DNA from: Octopus bimaculoides
Taxonomy: Eukaryota
Assembly: GCF_001194135.2 (NCBI RefSeq)
Contig: NC_068993.1
Coordinates: 31,179,893 to 31,214,370, forward strand
Direction of reading: 5' to 3'
DNA: 34,478 nucleotides
Below are positions 24,238-34,478 of the stretch, piece by piece. The stretch's first letter is position 1; each line of letters opens with the position of its first letter. Both the position numbers and the translations under genes were made by a program. The notes under the pieces were generated by a model that saw only the letters and a list, made by a program, of their open reading frames with translations, searched no databases and was not told the DNA's origin.

Positions 24238-24960
24238 CCTAAAATGAATTTATATCTATGTACGAAACGATTGTATGCACGAGTAACCTTCTCACAACGT
24301 TTTAACATCTCATCTCGTCTATTTTTGACAAATATGATTGGATTTGTAGAACTTCATTCCATAAATTAATCATACACTTAATATACATATATGTTTATAT
24401 ATGTATTGTTAAACAATTAAACATTACAATTAAACATTGGAAAGTCAGATTAGGTTGTTGGAGATTATCTAAGGGTTGTTCGGTATATGTACTGTTTGGT
24501 AATTCAGGTTGCATTTAGATCTGTGGTAACATTTGAAGTTATGAAAAAAGCGGTGGTTGCATGAACCTAGGGCCTCATTATACTTATTGAGTAGTATTGA
24601 GGAGCTGTGTTGTAATATGTGGAATGCCGTTTTTAGGCACAGCTTACAGGCTGAGCGTTGACTCTGGTATGGAAGCCATCTTCAGAGCAAGAACACACAC
24701 GAAGATAGAAAGTGTCGCTGAGGAGATCGTAAAAGTGTGATGAAAGATCTCCGGACATGGACGTGAGTTACAATAAGAACAGCAGCAAACGAGTGAAGAA
24801 CGAATATTTAGTGCGCGTATTTATTTTGAAAAAAAAATATGACCATCTCGAAATACAACAATATATGTTTTAACACACGACTTCACATCAGGAATCTTGC
24901 AACACAAATTCATAAACGTATGTATATGTATATGTATTTGTATGCATGTGTATATATATA

Positions 24961-24975
24961 AGATCGGAAGAGCGT
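24961..24975 (+). other. Illumina TruSeq adapter remnant (assembly artefact)
   Basis: AGATCGGAAGAGCGT immediately before an N gap. Confidence 0.95.
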
Positions 24976-25021
24976 NNNNNNNNNNNNNNNNNNNNNNNNN
25001 NNNNNNNNNNNNNNNNNNNNN

Positions 25022-25065
<44 letters not shown>

Positions 25066-26144
25066 GTATATTTGTATATATGATAAATGTCGGCATGTGC
25101 GATTACATCTGGATGCATATGGATATTCATGCCTGTCTCTATATATCTATTTAACTCTGCTATTATGTATATGATATTTCTCTATTACATATTCTCTTGC
25201 TACGTTAACGATCTATCTTTTGAGTACTTCCACTCACTCAGTATCTGTAACTATACTTATTTGTCTGCACGCCTCACATCCGGCAAATTAATTTATGTGA
25301 GCTTCCATTTCATTAACCTCTTCGGAGATCTCTAAACGTACGAAATACAACCGGTGAATAACTCCCGAAACTCTTGTTTTCTTAATTGTAGAACGACGAA
25401 TTGAATGTCCATTGAATACATCTTCTGTATATGCCACATAAAAAAAGTTATACATGCGTGACATAGAAGAAGGAATATTCACTCGCAGCACTTTTCAATA
25501 TTAGATAAAGAATTCCGATGCTTTGAATGGAGCCTGGAGAGTTGAGCATTCTTGTATATGTCAGCTATATTAAATTTGAAGAATATTAGATTAGGAAATA
25601 TATTTCTAAATTTAATTGTTATAAATTCAGTAATCTCCGTTTGTATCTATATAAAGACACATTTCTGCACTAAATTATATATCGTAAGTTTAGGAATATA
25701 TAATAAGTATATTATGTAAAAAGAAAAAAATGCTGCCCAGTTAAACATTACGACTTGAGAATTGGATACCTTTAACATAATTCGCTCTGTTGCTAGTATT
25801 CAGATGAGGCAGTGATCGTCAATTCTCGATGGATCATGACATTTTAACACTTTCCCTTGATACCAAATCCATAAATAAACGCATATATTCGTTAATCTCC
25901 ATAGACTGTGTTCCAGTCATCGTATCTTACAAACTCACAAACTGCACAGCTGTGTATTTGTATTCTACGAGACACAAAAAATTCAATCTGTATCTATAAT
26001 CCGAGTTTATTCAGGTATAGTATCAAACTGAACATACACCGAGAGCGCCACTTTACATCTCATTATTTCTCTCATCAGCAATAAGGAGTCACGCTCGGAC
26101 TCACTTCGCCTTCACCCCTCTACATAAATCTACTCTAGCTGCCT

Positions 26145-26478
26145 CTCAACTGAGACCCCCTTCGGTCATGACTGACAATGGCATTGCGCCTAGAAAGTTA
26201 TCCTCCGAGGCATAAGTCTGGGCAATGTTGTTTATAGAAGACCAGCAGTCGCCCATGCATACCGGCCTCCCGTCTCCACGCCACCAGTGTAATCTAAAGG
26301 AAAGGCAAAGACCGATACAGCTTGGCACCAGTGACGTCGCAACTCGTTTCTACAGCTGAGTGAACTGGACCAACGTGAAATAAAGTGTCTTGCTCAAGAA
26401 CACAACACGCAGCCCGGTCCGGGATTCGAACTCGCAACCTCGCGATCGTAAGCTCGACGCTCTAACCACTGAGCCATG
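26145..26478 (-). mobile_element. tRNA-derived SINE
   Basis: Minus-strand head TGGCTCAGTGGTTAGAGCG (A box) and GAGTTCGAATCCC (B box), then a GTGTTCTTGAGCAAGACACTT core-like body and a non-tRNA 3' region. Confidence 0.88.
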
Positions 26479-27311
26479 ACTTGAATAACCAGCAATACTT
26501 CCACTGTATTTCTTCCTGCATAGAGGACATATATCTCACTTCATTACTTTGTGAAGTCATTACCACCGGGTAAATTTAATGCTGACAACTTCACGTCTCC
26601 CATCACTGGTTTAGCAACTGATTCATGTCTACTATCCTCACATCTTGATGCCACTAAATTCGAAACTGATCTCTGCAACTTGTTTAATCACGCACATACT
26701 TGATCATTGAGTTTTCAACAAACCCTTAACTTACGCTCATTCAAACTAGAAATTAACTGCTTCTGCACCTACTGAGTCACTCACACAACACCCTTTAGAA
26801 ACAATAATATAAGTAACTAAGTCATGTCCCTGTAGATCTTAAACAACAAAACTAAATGTACAGTTCCCTGAAGTGGCTGCACTTTAGCAATTCACGCAAA
26901 AAATTAGAGTCAAAACTGCATGACGTTTACACAGTACCAACACACTTGCAAGACCAGTATTTAAACAGTGAAAGATGTTTTCGTGCTTCGGACAGACCAC
27001 ATTCTCTGCTGCCTCCCAAATTGCAACTTATTCTTCTTATCTCTTACCAAAAGTATTTTCGGCAACGTTTCTCCGAAAACTGCTCAGACATAATGGTTCT
27101 ATTAGCAGTATCCCATCGGAGAAACCACACACTATCGGTTTTGGATTGCTAAAGAATCTCTCCAGTTGATGGTAGAGTAAAACAGCGCGACAGGTGTATG
27201 TCTACCACCTAAAAAATTCAGCAAGTAAAAGAGTGGGGCTTTTCCTGACGGCTTACGTTTGTTTGATGAACCTATGAAACTAGAGTTCACAGACAGCTAT
27301 TAAACAATGTC

Positions 27312-27395
<84 letters not shown>

Positions 27396-27410
27396 TATAT
27401 ATATACACAG
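27312..27410. repeat. (CT)n(CA)n(TA)n microsatellite
   Basis: Directly visible. Confidence 0.95.
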
Positions 27411-27994
27411 AATCTGATTCAGTTATCCTCTAATTTAAAATGTTAATTTCCATTATAGTAAAATACCTGAGTCAACTGCATAAGCATTTTCCTTGCTCAC
27501 TATGAGGCCACACATTCTTTAACTCACATACTGTAAAAGGCATCATAGTTGCACTGAAAACGTTTCGAATATAAATTATTAATAGAACAAATTAAACAAC
27601 ACAAGCACCTTTGTGAAGGGTTTAGAGAATCAATATCAGGCAAATCACTTCTTGTCTTCTCAAATTCTTAAAACACATTTTTCGCAATACATATTCTTTT
27701 CGAATACTAAAAATACAGAAAAGAAATGAAGACATTGGTCTTATAATTGTAAAGCAAGAGAAAAGTACAGAAGATGTATTGATTTATTTGCCCGTCATCA
27801 AAAATATATCAATGAAATATTAATTAAATTATAGAAATTAGGTTAACATTGCTTGGAATAACTAAAATAAGTTCTTTTTTCTCTTTCATAAAATATATAA
27901 AATGGCCTCAATGTGCCGAAATGAACTGAAATTTTTCCAATTACAGGTGGTCTAAATGCCTATATATGCATATATCAATCATTTACGAAAACAT

Positions 27995-28057
27995 GTGTTT
28001 ATAAGAAATATCTCTTGTAAGATATTTATTCTTACAAGAGATATTTCTCATAAACAC
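27995..28057. repeat. 28-bp-stem hairpin
   Basis: 27995-28022 pairs with 28030-28057 at 27/28 positions; 7-nt loop. Confidence 0.92.
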
Positions 28058-28479
28058 TTTCCAAAGTCATCGCGTAAATCCAACACCTGCCATAAACACT
28101 TAACGCAACTTATAATATAGTTCAAATCATCGAATACTCTTTCATGATTAATTTCGTTAATTTTGTTTATTATTTCACATATAATACGTCGTTTATTACA
28201 GGCATATTAAGCGTGAAGTTTAATATGCCAGTAGTATAAGAGACAAAGTTTAAAAGAAAAAACTCTTCTCGTTGCATGTCTTTCCAAGGAATTAATCACC
28301 TAAATTTGAATCTTCTGATTTTATTAGCGTGCGTAAAAAGAAAGCACTTTTTTAGTCAGACCTGGTTTGTTTTCGCACGCTGTAGTGTTTTCTCGTATCT
28401 CTGTGTTGTAATCACTGAATTTCTGAAGAGTAATTTTGTTCTAAATGTTGAATACTCTTGAGTGAAACAATACCATAAG

Positions 28480-29350
28480 AAACCAAAGATTAGAAAAAGA
28501 GTAGAAGGAGAGAAATGTTGCGGAATCATTACGACTTTCACTGTTACCTTTACAAACTATAATAAATCAATCTGACTAAAAAGTTAGTATAGAAAATTTA
28601 AGTGAGCGTGTTCCACTAAGTCGAACAAGTGATATGGAAAATATATAGAATATATTGCTTCCGTATTGCAAAGTTATTCACCACACTCATTCCATTGTAC
28701 AGCAAAACCCGTTAAATTTTATTTGAATAGGTAACGTCCATGTATAAAGCAGAAATTTGTTTATCATTCTGATACTCAAAGAGTAAAGGATGACATATCT
28801 CCCCTTGTTCTGACTATCATTTGGAAATCTTAAAGAATCATTTGCGCTGCAAAGGTTTTGTTTCGTGAATATTTCATTAAACATTTTCGCACGGCTTTCA
28901 AACATTACTGTGAGAAAAATTATTTGCATCACGAGGAATTTATGATTCTGGACAATGTCCATGAGCACTCTTCAGAACACGAAATCATGCAAAACTTGGT
29001 GACTATTGAAGCTGTTTTCAATTCAGATTTGAAATGAATAAAGTTTCCCTCCAAAATTGCTTACTGGGAGTTTGGAGCAAATTGGAATACCCTGATGCCG
29101 TTTCAAGTCGGCTTACAATCTTCCAGCCGTAGTTACATTTTACAGGCCATAGACCATCGAATTAGTTCCATTTTTATAGTATGTTAATACTTTAAGTTGT
29201 TCGATTACGCAAGTAAAGATGAATGTCACCCCATCAAAGAATTCTGGAATATTACACTATTAAGCAAGCGATAAAAGATGGTGATGACGCCTCAGAAGAA
29301 GTAAAAGATTGTTGAGACACCGAGGTTTGGAAAAAATTGTATCCAAATTA
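28480..29350 (+). pseudogene. Tigger/pogo-type DDE transposase relic
   Basis: Manual translation: KFVYHSDTQRVK...LTIIWKS*...LFREYFIKHF...KHYCEKN...MILDNVHEH, later IKEFW...TIKQAIK...EEVK...VWKKLYP. This resembles the motif order of TIGD1/Tigger. No TIRs identified. Confidence 0.62.
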
Positions 29351-29737
29351 TGAGATGAAACCTATTTAAGTTTACTTTGTAAGAATGATACATGCTTACA
29401 AGTTAATATAGGGAGATTTTCGGGACTAATTCAGTCGTAATAACGATAGCCTCCCATGTAGGAGAGTATAAGACAATATCAGTTTGTTCACATTATAAAG
29501 ATAGAACTCTCCTATCACTGGTTTAGCAATTGATATCTTATCAGAGCCATCATGAAATAATTTGGGATGTTCAAGAAACGATGTACAATGTTAACTAAGG
29601 ATGAAAATTGAAAGATGTGGAATTAAAATAGGAATTAAAATCGCCGAATTCAAATAGGGAAGGGTTGGAAATCTGTTAAAAGACAGTGAATAACTCTCCT
29701 TCATTTTGTGTGTCTCTTTCTCTTTCTTTATATACAG

Positions 29738-30425
29738 CAAGACCCTCCCGAACACCTAAGGAACCTTCGATCACTGGAAGTCCTATTTCGAGTGCCTACT
29801 TAATGACCACTCACGCACTCCAGACGATCTTATCCAAAACACCCTACAGCTCCCCAGTCGCCATTGGATATCCATGCCGCCCTCGCCCCATGAGTTCAAC
29901 AAGGCATTTAGGCACATGAAGTCGGGCAAAGCTCCAGAACCAGACAACATCCCGTTTGAGTTTCTCACGCACGAAGGTGCTGACCTCAGAAATCATCTGA
30001 CGCTCCTTATCCTCAGGATCTGGGAAAGCCAGACCCTCCCGAACGATTTCTGCAATGCAACTATCACCACATTCTATAAGAAGGGAGACCGAGAGGACTG
30101 CAACAACTATCGGGGCGTTTCAGTCCTGAGTATTGCAAACAAGATCTTCGCCCGTATCCTACTGAATCACCTCCACGTCCTCGCGGAAGACATCCTCCCT
30201 GAGTCCCACTGTGGCTTCCGATCCTCTCGAGGCATAATCGATATGATCTTTTGTGCCCGCCAACTTCAGGAGAAGTGTCAAGAACAACAGCCAGTAATGT
30301 TCAGCTTCTGGGATCTAAAGAAATCCTTTGACAAGGTCACCTGTCTTGTAATGTGGGCCATCCTTGCTCGGTTCGGATGTCCGGAGGACTTCATTGACTT
30401 GGACTGCTCCCTTCACGACGGCTGT
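29738..30425 (+). mobile_element. RTE-clade LINE reverse transcriptase fragment
   Basis: HWKSYFECLLN...KSGKAPEPDNIP...KKGDREDCNNYRGVSVLS...LPESHCGFRSSRGIIDMIFCARQLQEKC...DLKKSFD; truncated at both ends. Confidence 0.9.
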
Positions 30426-31234
30426 AGAATGTCGGCTATTCATTTTCGTTGAGCGGATATGGAAACAAGAACGATAGATAAACAAAAATAGATGTACGGA
30501 ATGTATTTACATGGAAATTTGCGCATAAAATCCATCGAATTATGTAATCAACACTTGTATTGACGAATATTGAGAATAAACGATGATTGGTGTCATAGCC
30601 ATGAATTTTTTGTAAAGAGACCCAATTATATTGCAGGTATATGTACGAATTCGGATTTTGAGAGAGTTGTTGTATATGTTTTCTTCATTAGAAATATCTA
30701 GTAAATAATGTAGTAGAGAACAGGGTTTATAAATATACTCAAGTCCAATTGGAAAAGAAAGATAAGAAAGATAGAGGGAGAGATTAAAACAAGAAAAAAA
30801 GACTTGAAATAAAAAGACTAGATGGATACACAAACGAGAGGTTGCCAAGATGAAGTGCAAGAAAATGGGATAAACTTTTCTATGACAATAGAGAAATTGA
30901 CAAGGGAAACTAGATCAAAGTGAGGCCAGTGTCAAGCGAAGAAGAAATTAAGAATGTGAGAGAAAATGTAGAGGGCAGTCAATACAAAGACATTTTTTCT
31001 ACTATGGTAACAAGGCCTGAAATTTTGACAGAGCAACCGACTTTTAAGTTCATGGGGAGAGAGTCCTGGAGTATGTTCGGAGTTGAGAATTTATGTTGGA
31101 AAATGTGCAACCTGATCGAGGTGGGTAACGATGTCAACTGATCTATAACAACGTTCTTGTGAAGGTAGCATACTGAGTCGTATTTAAGAGTGGTGACAGC
31201 TGCATTTGTAGGTGCAAGAACAGTCCTGTGCTAA

Positions 31235-31664
31235 GGCGGAGAGCTGGCAGAAACGTTAGCACATCGGGCGAAATGCTTAGCGGTATTTCATCCGTCTTTA
31301 TGTTCTAAGTTCAAATTACACCGAGGTCGACTTTGCCTTTCATCCTTTCGGGGTCGATAAATTAAGTACCAGTTACGCACTGGGGTCGATGTAATCGACT
31401 TAATCCCTTTGTCTGTCCTTGTTTGTCCCCTCTGTGTTTAGCCCCTTGTGGGCAATAAAAAATAAGAAACGTTAGCACGCCGAGCGAAATGCTTAGCGGT
31501 ACTTCGTCTGTCTTTACGTTCTGAGTTCAAATTCTGCCAAGGTCGACTGTGTTTTCATCCTTTCTCGGTCGATAAATTACGTACCAGTTGCGTATGGGGG
31601 TCGATCTAATCGAGTGGCCCCCTCCCCCAAAATTTCGGGCCTTGTGCCTAGAGTAGAATAGAAT
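31235..31664 (+). mobile_element. Dimeric tRNA-type SINE of the abundant octopus kind
   Basis: Two related monomers starting AGAAACGTTAGCAC at about 31249 and 31465, each with GTTCAAAT (B-box-like) and GTCGACT...GGTCGATAAATT motifs. Confidence 0.88.
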
Positions 31665-32174
31665 GTGCAAATATCGGCAGTTTGCAGTGAATGGGCATTG
31701 TAAAAACTGTACAACGTCAGAGAATATATACAGAAAATATATACAATATGGATTAATTTCTGAAGGATTATGTATTAATTGCTAAGTCCACATACAACAA
31801 ATCCGGAACACAAATGATTGCCAAATTCCATTGAGTGAACATATAGAGAAATGTGGTCAGAAAATGTTCCTAATTTTTCTTCCCACAAACTATATGACAC
31901 AAGTGAGGTTGCAAGAAAGATGAGAGGAAAACGGTTTATTTAAACGTACAAACCTGTTTTGAAAGGAAATAACAACAATAATATAACAACCAGTTAATGA
32001 TGTGGATTAATGAATATAAACAAGTTACAGAATATCGGTATGCCTAGCAACCCATGATGTTTAAGAGCATGTGGATTGATCAAAAAGGTAATCTAAAAAT
32101 TCAGCTTGTTGGAACGTTCTAAGAGGTACTAAGAACTCGGTGGGAAGCAAGCTACGTACCACACAGCCACGCCT

Positions 32175-32177
32175 GCG

Positions 32178-32243
<66 letters not shown>

Positions 32244-32285
32244 CACATACATACATACATACATACATACATACACACACAGACA
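32175..32285. repeat. (CT)n(TA)n(TACA)n microsatellite
   Basis: Directly visible. Confidence 0.93.
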
Positions 32286-33339
32286 CGAAACTAGACATCT
32301 AATGTGAGATTCTCGATCCGGTTATTGGGCAGTTTCTTCCCCTGTCTGGTTATGTCTATTCATTTACACTCTTCTTACAGGAGTACTTAATACCTATTTC
32401 CAACAATATAGGTGTCCCGGCCCCATTAGTCACATTTAGTAACAACTGAATTTTTTTCTTTATGGTATTATCTCGCGCCTAGCTGCTTATATTAATTTCT
32501 TGTATACGCATTAGCATTCTGATAAATCATCCATAGACCTCTATGGTAAATGTGTATTTACTGACTGGTGGAATTAAACTACACCCGCTGATTGGACGGC
32601 TCTCATTAACGAAGAGTACGGAAATATGCGAAACAAGACGTCTAGTCTGAGAGATTCTCGATTCTGTCATGGGGCGGTTTCTTCCCTTGTCAGCGTATGT
32701 GTATATATTTGCCCTCTTCCGACAGCACCAGAAGTATTCCATTCCTATTTTTAGCAATGTAAGTTTATCGGCACACTTAGTCACTATATGGTATTATATT
32801 GTACGTAATATGACTTGCATCTCAGAATTCTTTTAAATTATCACCTCAAAACTCTGATTGACTCTGATAACTAGTTAACTAGTGTCTACAGAAAATGTTT
32901 ACAATCTTCTATATTGAATACCTTTCCCTCTTTGTAGACATACCAATACATACACATACACACACACATCACACACATATACACACGCACACTCATATAA
33001 TATTATCTGGGTATTCACATACATAATTGTGCGTGTGAGCAGAAATAGAGGATATCAATGAAAGTCAGAACATACAACCACGCAGAATACATTAAATATT
33101 TCATCGCTATACGTGTAAAGAATACAAGGAAGAATGTAAATGCAGATATACATGTCTTATTCTTACTATATTTCTCACGAATGCTAAAATTATTAATGCT
33201 TTCTGATAGTGTTCAGAGATGACGCTTATGATCTTGTTTCGTTTTTCCTGTATTTTTGATTTATAAAAATACTACAGTCATATCAAAGTAGCACCTTATC
33301 AAGATATACAATATTCCCAATGGAGAGACTAAATATAAA

Positions 33340-34443
33340 TCAGGTCATCCTATAAGTTCTGTTCGATTTTACCTCTTTTAAAATTGCATGAAACTTAATA
33401 GTATTTTAGAATGTCCAATGAAATTAAAAAATATTTTTATGCATTTGAGTACATTTAAACTAATTAAATATTATTTTACAGAATAACAGAATTAAAATTT
33501 CTTTCATTAAAACCCTTTCTAACATGGAAGTATCCAAAGAGCATTTGAGGCACATAATGCTTTATGAGTACAAAAAAAGAAACTCTGCAGCCGAAGCGAC
33601 TCGAAACATACACTCAGTTATGGGAAAGAACGCTTGAATGAAAGAACTTGCAGAAGATGGTTTGCAAAATGCAGAAGTGGGGATTTCAGCCTTGAAGATG
33701 AAGATCGAACAGGACGTTCAGTTGAGTTTGATGATAAGCTCCTCGAGGCATTACTTGAAGAAAATCCTGCATTATCAGTTGAAGAATTGGCAATAAAGCT
33801 TAGTTCAAATCATACAACTGTTCATCGTTATCTTCAAGAACTTGGAAAGGTTCCTAAACTTGGAAAATGGGTGCCTCATGAATTGTCCGATAGCAACCGC
33901 AAATCCCGTGTTGACATCTGGAAATAAATATTCTTCTCTCTATCTGGTGGGATTGCAAATGAGTAATTCACTTTGAATTGTTACCACCTAATGCAACAAT
34001 CAATGCTCAAGTCTACTGTCAGCAGTTAGAGCGTTTGAACCAAGCTTTGAAGAAAAAAAGACCCGCTTTATTGAATCGAAAAGGGGTGATGTTTCATCAG
34101 GACAACGCGCGACCCCACACTGCAAAGATCACATCACAGAAGGTCGAAGAGCTTGGTTGGGAAAACATTCCTTATCCACCTCATTCTCCCGGCCTTGCTC
34201 CTTCAGACTACCATTTGTTTCGTAGTTTACAGAATCATTTGGGGGACATAATTTTTGCAAGGCAGGAGGAGTTCGAAACTGACACTTCAGAGTTCTTCGC
34301 TTTGGGATAAAAAATCTTGTAAATAGATGGAAGGAAATCATAGATAATCAGGGAAAGTACATTGATGATTATATTTTAATTAAATATACATTTAATCACT
34401 TGTTTTCTTGGTTCAAAATTCGGACAGAACTTATGGGATGACA

Positions 34444-34446
<3 letters not shown>
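33340..34446 (+). mobile_element. mariner (DD34D) DNA transposon with TIRs and an internal deletion
   Basis: TIRs TCAGGTCATCCTATAAGTTCTGTTCGA and rc TCATGTCATCCCATAAGTTCTGTCCGA; right end followed by (TA)n. Confidence 0.93.
33524..34310 (+). pseudogene. mariner transposase pseudogene
   Basis: HTH region, WVPHEL, HQDNARPH and HSPGLAPSDY motifs with 34 residues between the second and third Asp. Frameshifted; the segment with the first catalytic Asp is missing. Confidence 0.93.

Positions 34447-34478
<32 letters not shown>

Noticed and set aside
26400-26478. tRNA gene on the minus strand
   Set aside because: A and B boxes are present but there is no intact acceptor stem, and it continues into a SINE body.
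30880-31200. Possible further LINE RT fragment (ORF 30920-31141)
   Set aside because: Only a vague resemblance to an RT N-terminal region; no diagnostic motif retained.

Overview
AT-rich, microsatellite-rich animal genomic scaffold with many N gaps and a leftover Illumina adapter. The SINE and repeat families look like octopus/cephalopod DNA (recognition only, not verified by search). I found no host protein-coding gene, RNA gene or CRISPR array. The interpretable content is decayed mobile DNA. (1) A head-to-tail, partly nested array of R4/Dong-type (RT + CCHC + restriction-like endonuclease) non-LTR retroelements in (TAA)n tracts at 0.7-7.9 kb, and another copy with an internal inversion at 23-24 kb. 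(2) Two copies of a non-coding ~590-bp element that also lies only in TAA tracts, one ending in a 27-nt hairpin array. (3) A non-autonomous Helitron with both termini. (4) Two large foldback structures and a locally templated patchwork segment. (5) Tx1, RTE, Tigger/pogo and mariner remnants and two tRNA-type SINEs. Most entries in the ORF track are artefacts of gaps and simple repeats.
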